Source: Octopus sinensis (taxonomy: Eukaryota). From it: a DNA stretch of 64,000 nt. The notes beneath the pieces were generated by a model. The model searched no databases. It was not told where the DNA came from and worked only from the letters and a program-made list of their open reading frames with translations. The DNA is taken from NCBI RefSeq assembly GCF_006345805.1, contig NC_043012.1, forward strand, positions 19,964,001 through 20,028,000, given 5' to 3'. Shown piece by piece: positions 1-13,180 of this stretch (its first letter is position 1; the number at the start of each line of letters is the position of its first letter). The position numbers and the translations under genes are program-made.

Positions 1-99
1 TCCAATGCCAATTATATAAAAAATGCAGGAGAAAAATTAACGGAAAATTTGTTCACATCGATAAAAGCAATATTGATTACCTTAAACAAATTTCAAAAA

Positions 100-521
100 G
101 AAGCATGACATTTCCTATAATTAATAATGCAGAAATATAAGGCAAAACATTGGAACGGATAAAAAGGGAAAATTGAATAACGATAAATGTCGATGCATTC
201 TTCAATAAAATGGTATAGCAACGGAAATGTGCGTCTGGTTAAGCTTATCGTATTTAAACAGGTAAAAATATAGCTTTATACATTTTAGGTGGAAATATAT
301 ATAGAAACAATTCTGTGCATTTTAGCCTTTTAACTACTCCTGCTGACAGAATAATGTATATATGCAAGCAAATTCACATATACACAGACATACAAACACA
401 TGGTTTAAAGTATATACATATATACTTTCATGTGCATTGCTATAGAGACAGATGGATAAACATATAATCTATATACTATCTTATACATTTATACTCCGAA
501 ATGCGTCTGCAATATATATAT

Positions 522-574
<53 letters not shown>

Positions 575-766
575 TGTACCATATACTTTAGTAAATATAC
601 ATATGCACCTCTTTATTCATACATTTATAAAACTTATATACATATATTGAAATATACGCTTACATATGTATAGCGTGTATACACAAAGGTTTATGTATAT
701 GAACATTCATATATACTGTATATATACACGATTATATAAACTCTCACATACACACATATAATTGTC

Positions 767-803
<37 letters not shown>

Positions 804-1480
804 GAGTGTTCTTGAGTATCTCTGTGTATAATGTAGTAGCAAAAGCAATAGCAGTAACTATAGAGTAAACAGTTAGATAACTATTTGTGGCAACTAAATA
901 TGTCTTTCCATAAAATGTGAATACATATATATTTAAGACATTTTCCTTTGCACGATTTTTATTTACTTGTTATTTCGAAATTTAAAATGTCTTAAAAGCA
1001 CGCACAGAATAGAAAATAAAGAAAATAGAGGGAGAAGTGTAACATATAAGAAAAGAAGAAATCAAAGAATAATCTGTCATTCCACAGACATTAAGTTACG
1101 ACCATTCTCTCTGGTGCCGTTTTGACGTAATTCTAGAAATCTTGTCGGAGTTCTTCACTTCAAGCCTAAGAAATTTGTCTCCGTTTCTAAGACAAATGCA
1201 TCTTGCTTTAATAATTCTAAGTGATATGGAAAATAGAAAACAAAATAAATATCTAAGTATAGCATAGATCAATGATTCTTCCTCTCATGTGAAGGATTTT
1301 TTTTAAATTCTTAATGTACTGTATTTATAAACTTTTGATTTTTGATTGATTATGTATTTTCAATATTTTTAGATTTACTCATAGGTGGTGAGTAACAAAA
1401 ATTCTTTGTGACATTCAGTTTACTTTATTTTACATTTTGAGTTCCAATTTCTCTAGGGCTTCAGTTTTCATTTTGTATCA
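100..1480 (-). pseudogene. TLR-like/LRR receptor pseudogene, copy A (LRR block and probable TM)
   Basis: Minus-strand translation gives LRR motifs LEKLELKM*N (1428-1456), NLKILKIHNQ (1346-1375), NLKKILHMRGRII (1271-1309) and FLGLK*RTPTRFLELRQN (about 1120-1180). A hydrophobic stretch LSLFNFPFLSVPMFCLIFLHY lies at about 120-200. Many stops and frameshifts; boundaries approximate. Confidence 0.5.
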
Positions 1481-1856
1481 ATCTAAAGTTGATATATGTA
1501 GTCACAGTAATATACTAGTGTCGATTTCATAGAGTGTACATCTTTTGCAACAGCCTGGACGTCGTATATGTCAAATTATTATATCAAATGTGTTTTTGTT
1601 TTGTTGTAATTCTTGTCTCACCGTTGATCAAAATTCAATATGGAAACCCGTTACAAAGACAACTTAGTGCTCGTCTGCACTTTCTTTTAAAACACAATGC
1701 CGAAATGAATATGCCATGACATCTCAAGGTGGTAGGATTTCATTTGAATGAGATTTCACTGCGCTACCTAAGTAGTTTATGTTATAGAAATGTACATTAT
1801 AGAAATGTACATTATTTACAATTGACGGGTATGTGTCCTCATCTTGCTTGTTGTTA

Positions 1857-1900
1857 ACACAACGTTTCGGCTCGTATACCCTCGAGCCTTCATCACATGT
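1857..1900 (-). ncRNA. Minimal type I hammerhead ribozyme motif with a core mutation (C3 to G)
   Basis: Reverse complement reads ACAT-GTGATGA-A-GGCTCG agggtata CGAGCC-GAA-ACGT-T-GTGT, giving stem I, stem II and a palindromic ACGU helix III. Confidence 0.7.
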
Positions 1901-1987
1901 CTTGGGGAAATTTCGAATCAGGGTTCTTATTCCGAAGGTATTTTCTATGTTGTTGTTGTTGTTGTTATTATTATTATTATTATTATT

Positions 1988-2049
<62 letters not shown>

Positions 2050-2050
<1 letters not shown>

Positions 2051-2122
2051 CATGTCACTACTTGGAATTGAACTATGAATCTTGGAGTTAGGAGCCCGCG
2101 CTCTTAACCACTACGCCATATG
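2050..2122 (-). mobile_element. tRNA-derived SINE head fragment
   Basis: Reverse complement has an A-box-like tggcgtagtggtt and a B-box-like agttcaattcc. Confidence 0.6.
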
Positions 2123-3431
2123 CGTGATTTTTGGGGACTTATAAATATTTCCTATCCTTTATTACTGGTTCCCATATGCTATTCATATCTGCATTCGGTC
2201 TGCTTAGGAGGTTGTTCTATCCTTGCATATGTGCTGCTTCTTTTAGTTTTCATATTTCCAGTGGTGTTCTCTGTCCATTATTTTAACTTCATCCCACAGG
2301 GGAGGTGGTCTACATTTTTTCATACATGATCAACTATACCCGATTTATCAATATCTCCTCGTGTCACAGCTTTCCAGTATTTGTCTACCCTTATTTTGAG
2401 GGGGCGGCATGTTTCGCCTTTGTATAGCCTATCACAGTTGCATGGGATGGAGTACACGCAGCCTTTGGTCATATTGTCTTCTGTTGGTAGTTTTACCCGA
2501 ATGAGATATTTGCGAAGTGTTGTTTTACTCTTGAATACTGTTCTTATGTCTTATGGGATGCATATCTGTTGTATCTTTACGGAGAGGCTTTTCACATAGG
2601 GTAGACAGACTATAGACAATTTATCGGTTTCATCCCCTCTTTTTATCGGTTTCGTCCCCTCTTTTCCTTATAATTGAAGTGGAGAGTATGCTTTTGGGGT
2701 AGCTGTTGCTTAATATATAGTTACTGACCTTCATCACTTCTTCGTGGTGTGTATCACGATCGCTGCTTATACTCTTTGCTCGATGTTTTAGTCACTGAGC
2801 AATCCCTCTCTTTACACTGTATGGATGGTGGGAGTTGAAGTTCAGGTATCGTCCAGTGAAGGTCGGCTTGCAGTATACGGATATCCTGAATCCATACTTG
2901 TTGCGTGTTATTAACACGTCCAGGAATGCTAGCTGATTTTCTTTTTCCTTTTACATTGAGAACTTTATGGATGTCTTTATTGAGTTCACATGATGTAACA
3001 GCACCTGGAAATCTTCCTGGTGGGGCCAGTGTATAAAGATGTCATCAACATATCGCAGTCATAGGGTTGGTTTAAATGGGGTGGATCCTAAAGCTAAATT
3101 CTCAAAGTATTCTATGCATACATTGGCTATTATCGGTGATAATGGCGAGCCCATAGCTAAACCCTCTCCTTGTCGATATATAACAGTGTTCATAATGAAA
3201 TAGGTAGTTTCTGTACAGAGGGTCAACATTTCCATCAAGTTTCTTATTGATATACTAGTATGTTCTTTTGGAATTGTGTCTGTCACTAGTTATTCTTGAA
3301 TCACCGTTCTGCAGTTGAGACTCACCATGTGGTTGGATTGATTGGGGGTATATTTGACCAATTCCACCAAGTAGGTGGAATTCTGCATTAAGAATTCTGC
3401 AGGTCGTAATGCAATAACATCCTTGTGAGTT

Positions 3432-3498
<67 letters not shown>

Positions 3499-3567
3499 TA
3501 ATAATAGTAATAATAAAATCGAAAAATAGCTTAGGAATGAGAACCCAGGTTTCTAAATTTCCTCAAG

Positions 3568-3611
3568 ACATCTCATGAAGGCTGGAGGGTATATCAGCCG
3601 AAACGTTGTGT
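3568..3611 (+). ncRNA. Minimal type I hammerhead ribozyme motif with a core mutation (G5 to C)
   Basis: ACAT-CTCATGA-A-GGCTGG agggtata TCAGCC-GAA-ACGT-T-GTGT. Confidence 0.7.
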
Positions 3612-3799
3612 TGACAGCAAAGAAGATGAGGACAAATATCTGTCAAATGTAAATATTGTAAATAATGTACATAATTCCTCATGTCTTAAATATAGAACTC
3701 TAGTATACAATTGTTTGTAACCACAAATTTCTTTAAAATTTTTCTTAATTACAGTCATTGATTAGAAAAATCTTCTTTGCCTACTATTTCTTGAAGGGT

Positions 3800-4300
3800 A
3801 GCCACAAGGAATCCCCTCCATGGATCCTAGAGAAGCAATCGTTATTAGATTTTCCGTTTGGCTTTCCAAATGCACACAATTATGTTTATGCATATTACCA
3901 AACCATCTTATTCTGGGATTTCCCAATTTTCAGCTGTTTTTTTTCACAGTCCATATCTGTTATCCATAGTTGGATCGACTTTGGGGTTTCCGGACACGCA
4001 CCATTTATACTGCCATCTTACCCCTCCGAGAACATGTTGCAGTACTGGTATTATGTGAGGATTGCAATACATGTTTCCAATACGATACCCATGCGTTCTT
4101 TGTTAACCAGTGTGAAGGACGATGCGGTAAACTTGCTCCTTTGACGCTCTTCCATATTTCAGTTTTTGCGATCCTGCCCGAGCCAAGCAGTATGTTGATA
4201 TTTGCCTTTCACCTGCGAAGAAAATGATATCCTTTCTCAAAACATTCGATTATTAATCATCCTATGTAAGACATTACACAGGCTGTTGTCTGTGACTTTC
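3800..4300 (-). mobile_element. Possible L1/Tx1-type LINE 3' remnant
   Basis: Frameshifted minus-strand CPETPKSIQLW and INIIVCIWKAKR weakly resemble the zf-RVT C-terminal region. Confidence 0.25.
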
Positions 4301-4624
4301 CGTCCTTTCATTCATATTTTCCCTACATTCATAACTGTAGCGTTCAAATGCCAGTTAAAACATGTGATTTACATACATACGCATGCATGCGCACACAGGC
4401 ACACAAACGCACACACAGACATAGAGACACACACACGCACATACATATATATATATACATGCATACATACACATTCATATATGTAAACATATATATATAT
4501 ATATATATATATATGCGTGCGTGTTATACAATGCATGTCTATACAGCTCAAATATAACACTTTCCAAAGTACATTTCCTAAATGTTTACCAAATTAAACA
4601 ATGTCATGAACTTTGTGTAAAAAA

Positions 4625-4760
4625 GCCATGTAGATCCAAACTGAATGATGGGAACCTGATTAGAGACATCAACGCTTGGACGGTATGCATGGTACGTCAC
4701 TGCGAAGGAATTGTGTGATGGACAAAAGAAGAACTGGCAACATGGATATACGCCATGTTG
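4625..4760 (+). mobile_element. R4/Dong-like non-LTR retrotransposon fragment
   Basis: SKLNDGNLIRDINAWTVCMVRHCEGIV*WTKEEL matches the post-RT motif SKLNAGN..KAINTWAV...RY..GI..WT..EL. Confidence 0.7.
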
Positions 4761-5029
4761 GTCTTAACACCAGCTCAGATTTGCTTTGAAGGAGGCCAGT
4801 TGAATTTGTCCACTTAATATGGGCGTTTTTTTTTTCTCGAGAAGACCGTATAAGCATGTGTGGAAGATTTCAACATTACACGGGGATTTAATATTTGTGT
4901 TTCTTCAAAAGTCGTCGCTTAAAATATACGTCTTAATGTTATATAGACTTTCAAGCCGTTCCCTTTTCTAAATAGTTTGCTTTGAAATAGAATTTGTTGT
5001 TTAATATTATCAATTAATTTACTCTTCGT

Positions 5030-5330
5030 TTTCTTTTTTATATAAATGGGTGAAGGTGGTGACCGGAGCTTCTCTGTATCGCTGTTCTTTTTGTGAGTGT
5101 GTGTTTTTTTCTGTTACCAGTGGTACTGTGGTTGTGCTGTTCGTACTGGATCTGATTTTACGGATAAATTCACAAAGATAGAAACAAACACGAAATTTAG
5201 ACATATGTTGCCATTGAACAGTAGGCTATTGAGTATGTGTTAAAGTAATAGAGATCTTTTGCGTTATGTTTTTGTATAACAAACACAACAAAGGGAATTC
5301 TGCCATGTGTAGCAGTGGGAAAAAGTTAAT
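5030..5330 (-). pseudogene. 5' end of a TLR-like/LRR pseudogene (possibly the start of copy A, displaced by insertions)
   Basis: MSLKLTF...NSLCCVCYTKT* (CCxC at 5267-5293, shared with copies G and H), then the LRR-like LNSLLFNGN (5207-5233). Confidence 0.4.
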
Positions 5331-5575
5331 TTCAGAGACATTTGACTATTTTCATTCTGTTTACCCTAGTTCAGCAAATGACTGAAACTTAATTTCTAAT
5401 ACATACGATGTAAAATGTAAGGATAGTGCTTAGATAGGATAGAGGATATCATTAGGATGGTCAACAGTCGATCTCCACATGGTTTATAAATGCTATATAC
5501 CGTTTACGAATTCCCAGTATTTAGTTTTAAATACTGGGAATTAGACTTACAAACACACGTACATACACACACCTC

Positions 5576-5651
<76 letters not shown>

Positions 5652-5657
5652 CACACA

Positions 5658-5702
<45 letters not shown>

Positions 5703-5703
5703 A

Positions 5704-5748
<45 letters not shown>

Positions 5749-5759
5749 GTATGTATATG

Positions 5760-5791
<32 letters not shown>

Positions 5792-5861
5792 TATTCATAC
5801 ATACACGCGCACACACGCACACACACACAAACATACACACACACAATTATATATATCTATA

Positions 5862-6758
5862 TACCTTGTCTGGCCCATAAGTATACGGACCGTTGGCATA
5901 GTAACGAAGCTAAAGCACGCAGAATGAGAAAGCTTGGCACGGATTGATCTTGAACTCTGGTGTGCATGGGCACTAAGTGTTTTAACATTCTAGCTCACTT
6001 ACGTTGTTTACCACAGTGCTTGGAATGAAGGTGTGTAACGTGTGATAGTCGCATTGACTATGACAGAGAAAGCTGAGCAGATAATCTGCATAGAAGTTTG
6101 CCAAAAGGTTGGCGATGGTTGCTCACAAGCCTAGGCAAAGTTTTCAAAACGTTTTCATCGTTCTCGACACAATCGAGGAGAACTTGTACAACTGAAATAC
6201 TAATGTATTTTCATCAGCTGAATGCAGTTTTGGCACAAACTTGGCAGACGCGAGTCTCATACCCAAATCGTCAGTGATAAAAGACTGAACCGAAACAAAA
6301 GTATACACTCTCATAACTCACAGATGCTAATTCTACGATTTCCCCTCACAGATGCACGCACACCTACGATGTTTTTTCTCAGTTCTGCTGGTAGCAGGTT
6401 TCCCAGAACGTTCGTCAATACCAACATTTTTTCGGCGCCTCTTGGAAACGTCTGAACCACACGCACACTTGTGTACGACTCATGCATCCATCTCTACGCT
6501 CTTTCTGCAAATATGCGTAAGCTTCTGAACAGATAACGTCATGACAGCTATCTCTGCCATGGTCAATGCGACAATCACCCGCTACACATCTTTCTTCACA
6601 GCACTGCTGTAAACAACGAAAGTGAGCTAGAAAGTTACATCTTAGTGAGCATACACAACACAGTTCATGGTCAATCATTGGCAAGCGGTTTTATTGTGCG
6701 TGCTTTAGCTTCGTTACTATGGCAACTTTCGAGATACTTATACTTATTGAACAGACCT

Positions 6759-6772
<14 letters not shown>
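5862..6772. mobile_element. Non-autonomous mariner derivative made of two inverted 5' ends
   Basis: Plus 6059-6160 encodes MTEKAEQIICIEVCQKVGD. Minus 6170-6600 encodes CSEAYAYLQK...CMSRTQVCVWFRRFQ...ITDDLGMRLASAKFVPKL (mariner N-terminus). gttggcatagtaacgaagctaaagcacgc at about 5891 is matched in inverted form at about 6700. Both ends lie in TA tracts. Confidence 0.75.
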
Positions 6773-6815
<43 letters not shown>

Positions 6816-7329
6816 ATCACTTTAATCAATTGAGTAGTTGCCCTAATACGTTGCTGGGCTTATCATCAACACCTTTGGTGTTAACACTGTCCAACTTGTT
6901 AATATCATTCGATATGCAGTTGTTTAATGAATAGTTCGTCACATTCGTAAGCTGAAAATGTAATTAAATGCAAAAACGTACGTGTGTAAGTATGAATTAT
7001 TAATATCTTTTAAATATAATATATAAATTTACGCCAAGCCCAACAGAGTATATATATATATAGTTAGTATTGATTTTAAACAAGTCATTCCTCTAACCAA
7101 ATCACGTTTACTTAAATATATTAGACACTGAGAGGTGCATTGTCCAATCTTTATCAATGTATTAAATGCTTTTCATTTTAAAACCGGAGTAAATAGGAAG
7201 TGACTACAATTCTTCATGTGTATCACATTTTCAGTTTGTCCTTCGCTTCAAAATATCATTACGTATGCAATTAATCTACATTATGTTTTTAATTTTTCTT
7301 CATTAAGCAAAAGATTGCTGTTATTTCAG

Positions 7330-9150
7330 TGAGATTTAATTTTAAATTGATTTGCGTTATTCCATAAATTCAGGTGATTGATTTTCCTAATGAAGTACTT
7401 TCGATAACTATAAATATTCATAAATATCCATTCATTTTGCTTCCTCATTCAGTCAGAATATTTTTAGAAATAAATCACAGTTGGTGATAACCTATTGATT
7501 CTATAATATCGTGAAACTAATTATATTTATAATTAGGTAACGGCCGTTGTCATCTGGCTGATACAATCCTGACAGACTTGCAGAATTGTTTAGAAAGCTG
7601 TTTGTATTCAATGTAGCGACAAGAACGAAACAACAATGGTTCTACTGACAACTTATTAAGTGTTTCTGAGCAAGAAATTTGTTGCATTATATAAAACGTA
7701 ACAGAATTCAAGAATGCATAGGGATTTGGAGTTTAACATAAGATATGCAAATCTATTGCAGAAGAACTGAAAATGAATATTTCACGAAGAAGCTATAGCC
7801 TTAAATTTATACATTTGTTTTTATCGTTCCGCGGAATGGAAAAATGCAAACTTGACATCAGCGGGATTTTTGAAGCGCAGAGAACTTGGTACAAATAACG
7901 TATATTTTTATATTTGACTGGCAAGCTATGTTGACAATTTTTCCTCTGTGACCCCATGAGACACACACCAATATGAGTGTATGATTCAGTAAGAGTTTTA
8001 CAGTTCAATAGAAGGGTGTTGATAAATGTTAATCAATATCGCTATGAATAAATAGGAAAATATATAATATCTTGAATGAGCAATGGATATAACGGTATAC
8101 AATATTCACTATGGCAATTCGAATATGCCATAACATGTATAATTCAGACACATTAAATACTTGTAATTAAGATTAAATCTTGTTACAGAGATTTCAAACT
8201 ACATATTATAGAAAGTCATGTTTTTCTTTCCTTTTTGTGTACTAGCAAATGCCGAACATTTATAATCTTTCACTCGATTATTTGAGTGTGAGAATTAATG
8301 TACGGTACACATAAAAGCCATTGCTTGGTGCCCAAAAGCTAACTGTGTATCCCTTCCAGGTGGTCCTATTAAATTAGACATGGCCTGGGACAACTTCGAC
8401 CGAAAGTTAACGAAGTAATGTAAGTAATCTCAATATATTCTGACTTCGTTGTAATGCATAACACTTTGGATGATTTCACACTCAACCTATGTAGGGTTTG
8501 TTTGCAGGTATCTTAGCGTCATATACTTCTTGACAGAATTATTAACCAGAAACACAGCATTGCATATGATATATTTTATAAGAAATTATATACTTTTGTA
8601 TAGACGATATATCAGCTACGTTGGACCTTCGTCAAGAAATATTCACTCCATAAATTAGCGTCCCTATGTGGGTATGTATATGCGTTTATTATTGCTTATT
8701 GTTTGTGAATTCTCGTCTTGATCATGCTTATATTCACAATGTGAGGAAAATTATGATAGGAAATGTATTCCAAACATTTCACTTCTTAATGAACCGATAA
8801 TAATGTTAATGTCAATATCTTACTGATTAACTCGGATCTTGTTCGTTATGTTCTAAAGGATTTCAAATTATGTTTTATAGCATGTTATATCGCGTACAAG
8901 GTCGACATCATAAAATACAACCAATTTGTCTGTTGGATAGCTAAAATGTCGGACAGACTAAAATATAGCAAAATATTGGTTGTAAATATTGTTAAAGTTA
9001 ACTGTCCATGTAAGTAATACGATAATTTCTGCAGACCACAATATTTAGAATAGCATATTGATTTATTTTTCACATACTTGATTTGAGTTATATTTCTGTT
9101 GTCCATGTGACAAATAACATCGTTTAGATTTGGAATTACTTTCAAGTCAG
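7330..9150 (-). pseudogene. Toll-like receptor pseudogene, copy B (LRR, LRR-CT, juxtamembrane and TIR)
   Basis: In transcriptional order: YCGLQKLSYYLHGQLT (about 8996-9043), *DIDINIIIGSLRSEMFG, DYKCSAFASTQKGKKNMTF (about 8211-8267), YKNIRYLYQVL (7880-7912), TIR box1-like KFAFFHSAER (7824-7853), FQFFCNRF, CILEFCY (7698-7718) and TIVVSFL. Many disablements. Confidence 0.6.
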
Positions 9151-9804
9151 TAGGAAATTTATCCTCCCGCGGGACACCTTTAACATTTTTATAAAGAAAT
9201 TATAGTCTTTCCATATTTGTAGTGTGCTGCATTTGAGTGAGAGAGACCATATCACGTAAATACCTTCATTGTATTAAGTCAACGATATATAGCATGTTTG
9301 AGCAGCCATATAATCATCCTGGATAGGTAAAGCGTAGTAAAATTTATTGTACATAAGGTTAGAGAATATAACAGCATTATCGTTGCAAATTCTTTCCCAT
9401 TCATAAATAAATCTTACGGAATTGTTTATACTATCCAGTCAGAAATCGTTATAAAAATTAAGGTGTATGGATTGAATACATCGCTCCACTGTAAACTTGC
9501 AGATATAGAATAATGATCTGCGTATTCGAGACACCAAGAACCAATGATAACATACATTCAAATAAAAATAATAATAATGTATAATTAATGTAACAAATAC
9601 ATGCAATACGCCTGCTTCAAAAGTAGAATAATGTACGATATACTTGATATACATACATGAATATATATGTGTGTAGATAGTCAGCTGGAGAAGATGATTT
9701 CCTAGGGTGAAAACAACGGTAACATCGTCCTTTATACAACTGCCACATCGTGTTGACATATAAACATTACTATCCGGTACTGTTACTGTATATCTCTCAC
9801 TCAG

Positions 9805-9835
9805 AAATAGACAGACAGACAGACAGACAGATAGC

Positions 9836-9880
<45 letters not shown>

Positions 9881-9881
9881 T

Positions 9882-9920
<39 letters not shown>
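9805..9920. repeat. (AGAC)n/(AGAT)n microsatellite
   Basis: Direct reading of the sequence. Confidence 0.95.
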
Positions 9921-9921
<1 letters not shown>

Positions 9922-9929
9922 TTAGTGTG

Positions 9930-10130
9930 TGTGTTAGTGGTTATCGCCCCACCATCACGTGACAACCGAGGTAGTGTGTTTAGGTTCCCGTGACCTCACG
10001 ATTCGGCAAAAAGACCGACGGAAGAAGCACTAGGCTTAATAAGAATAATTCATAGAGTCGAATTCTGCGAGTAAAGGTGGTGCTCCAGCATGGCCGCAGT
10101 CAAGTGCCGGAAACAAGTAAAAGTATAACA
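9930..10130 (+). mobile_element. 3' half of the abundant tRNA-derived SINE (family of 37097-37495)
   Basis: Shares ...gattcggcaaaaagaccga... and aaaggtggtgctccagcatggccgcagtcaa...gaaacaagtaaaag with the full copy. Confidence 0.85.
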
Positions 10131-10543
10131 TAATAACCGCTCTTTGTTTCAACCACAAAACCAATTACTAGTGAATGTTTTTAATTATGTCAGTTGATGT
10201 ACATAATGCCATTTAGATTACCAAAACGGCACTAAGTCAGACATTTATGTCCGTGTGTGTTTGCCTATATGTGTTGTTGTGCGCGTGCGTGGGTATACGT
10301 TAGTTAGTTTGTGTGGGGGGGTGAGTGTGGGAGGATGTGAGTAACTGACATCATTTTTACTTCCAGTTCTTATCCATAGCTTCATTAATTATTCTAACTG
10401 AGTGTTACTCTATGACATCCAATCGAAACAGCGGACCCGAAATGATGAGGTTGAGAAACGCTGTTATAGATTATACCTAACCGAAAACGATCACACCCGT
10501 ATCATCGAAACAGATCGGGTGAAACCGGGCTTAACTGCTAGTA

Positions 10544-10632
<89 letters not shown>

Positions 10633-10634
10633 AT

Positions 10635-10790
10635 ATTAGGGAATAACTTCAAACTTACAGGGAAAAATTAGATTTAGGATTAAATCCAATTTTATAGTAT
10701 AAATATATTATATTATATTATATTAAATTAGAGATAAAACCACTATTAGACAAATCAAACAGTGAAAAACATAAGCCAATACATAAAATT
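10635..10790. repeat. (TA)n-associated interspersed repeat
   Basis: The module ccaaacttacagggaaaaatt recurs at about 37569 and 48895. The module aattagagataaaaccactatt recurs inverted at about 49005-49050. Confidence 0.7.
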
Positions 10791-10917
10791 AATTTAGTTA
10801 AAAATAAAAGATTATTTAAATAATTTAAACCAATAAATTTTATATATATATACAAATATATATATATATGTATGTATGTATATTTTTATATTTATATATT
10901 ATTTTATTAATTAATTA

Positions 10918-10966
<49 letters not shown>

Positions 10967-11999
10967 ATATATACATATATATACGTACAAAGTATGGGGG
11001 TTTGGTTCACAGGTGATCTAAACGGTCACGTATGTAACGGATTACTGACGTTCCAAGGATAAAGTCGATATGGTAGTTATGGAGCCATTACAGATTTCCG
11101 ATGCAGCGGATATATAATTGTTAAACAGGACAGCAAACATTAAGTCATGGCAAACATCTCAATAAATAACACATCCACAAAACTATCTGAATAAATAAAA
11201 GGAAAGTGAATCGTCTTAGATAAAAATACATTAGAAGAACTATACTTGAAAATAAGCTTATTAAGTAACTATCTAATACAATAAGCCAATTAGACAGAAT
11301 CCTTGCTTTGGCCAGTAACTGGTGTGAAGCTAAGGCCAACCATACAAGTTTACAAACAGATCAGATTTCAGGTGAAAAACAACATCCCCTCTCCCGGAAC
11401 ACTAACCAATAAATAGCTAACTGATTTTAGCTCGCTTGGGGCCAGGCTATTTAGGAAACCCCGAACGAATCTATACAGAATATTATGCCCGGTTGCATAT
11501 GCAAATGCCCATACTGGGTGCACTGGAAATACGTGTAGGTCGTCATAACCATAAAAATTTATGGTCGTCATAACCATAAAATGACATTGTAAAATAAACG
11601 GTAATATATGTTGAGGATGTACCAGTCTCCATATTCTATTTCGTTATAATTATTTCTAATATACAATCTAGATATTAATACCATCCATGGAAACTAACAC
11701 GGAATTACTCATCGGAGGAACTGACAAAGTCACAACACCTAATAGTCATGGTCGTTAGATACTAATCGAAGCGGTTAGCCGTAATCCGAACCATAAGCGA
11801 AAGCTACAACAGTATCTGCTCGGGTAGATAAATGTGTTTAGGCTTAAATTGAGAAGTTACGTAACTGAAGAAGAAAACAATATCATATCCATATCCCATT
11901 CGCAAATGAAAGCATGTTTGAAAAATGTTTTAAATTAAACTTAAAATTAAAAAAAAAAAAAATATCGATTTGATTATAGTTAAGAGAATACGATATACT

Positions 12000-12318
12000 C
12001 AAAGAAGCCACACTCAGCTACCACCATGCACTCAGGTCTCTTTGTGGCCTTGTGCTTGCATTCTTAACTTTATTTCCGAGATCTCTGAACACCTACTCGA
12101 ACTCTGCCACCAACTTGGCGTTGGTGCTGGAAGGGGAGCGGATGGTCTCCTTGTTAACCGCGAGTCATACAGAGTAAAGAATGATATTAGAATGGGGAGA
12201 ATTTGAAAGCAGATGAGGTCGCGGGAATTCGCCAACAACTAGATGTGACATTTTACATCTACATAAATACGTACAAACAAACATAGATACATATACACGT
12301 ACATGTATGCATACATAC

Positions 12319-12383
<65 letters not shown>

Positions 12384-12387
12384 CATG

Positions 12388-12452
<65 letters not shown>

Positions 12453-12850
12453 TATATATATTATATATATATATATATATAGGTGTTGACCTTTCTGTGA
12501 TGCATAAACTACCACTGCAAACATAGAAGATATGGGTGAAATCAGCTGAATTCTACTGCCATGCATACGGCCCACCAGCAGCAGCCACCTCCAGTCAAGC
12601 TTTGCTCAAAGTCACCTGCAACTTCACATATATGTCTCCATTGAATCTCAGACCACGATGAAGGTGTGAGGCAGCTTGGAATCATCTTCGCTGGAGATGC
12701 CGCATTCCCGATGGTCACATATTCGTTATTTACGTTGCAATTGTCCACGACATGGCTTACACCTTTCTTTTCAATGTCAACATGTTGTTGATATAAGCAT
12801 GCTGATACCCGACGTGAATCATCGTGATACACGTAACTCTTATCCAATAC
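12000..12850 (-). mobile_element. Tc1/mariner-superfamily (maT/DD37D-like) transposase fragment split by a TA/CATA microsatellite
   Basis: Frameshifted HGLRFNGDIYVK...[12 protein letters not shown] (12560-12680) and VNKETIRSPSSTNAKLVAEF...VKNA (12030-12165). Confidence 0.65.
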
Positions 12851-12974
12851 TCAAATAGCTTTACACCTTTTATGTCAGTTAACTTCTTTAATATCTATGA
12901 GATGTCACCCTTCTGAATGTTCACCGATGCATCATGCTATTTCTGAAAAAAAATACGTAGGCTGAACATCCTTT

Positions 12975-13180
12975 ATACATACATACACACAGACACACAG
13001 ACACACATACATTCATACATACATGCATACATACATACATACATACATACATACATACATACGTACGTACATACATACATACATACATACATACATACGT
13101 ACATACATACATACATCTCGTACATACATACATACATACATACATACATACATACATACATACATACATACATACTTACA
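12975..13180. repeat. (CATA)n microsatellite
   Basis: Direct reading; explains the MYVCMYV ORFs. Confidence 0.95.

Larger units (their letters stand above)
1790..3700 (-). mobile_element. Penelope-like retroelement relic: RT core between two oppositely oriented terminal-repeat (pseudo-LTR) copies
   Basis: ORF 3059-3286 has YRQGEGLAMGSPLSPIIAN, followed downstream by RYVDDIF, LAFLDVLITR and VYCKPTFTGRYLNFNSHHP (Penelope RT motifs). Segments 1790-1945 and 3520-3700 are inverted homologs. Confidence 0.85.

Noticed and set aside
5019-5204. ORF MSKFRVCFYLC... as a GPCR helix-8/C-terminal exon
   Set aside because: No NPxxY or upstream TM exons were found; a neighbouring frame fits the LRR-receptor 5' end better.
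8340-8560. Tc1-like transposase fragment on plus
   Set aside because: The resemblance was marginal, and the minus strand fits the LRR series of copy B.
9439-9759. 106-aa minus-strand ORF
   Set aside because: No recognisable domain or splice context.
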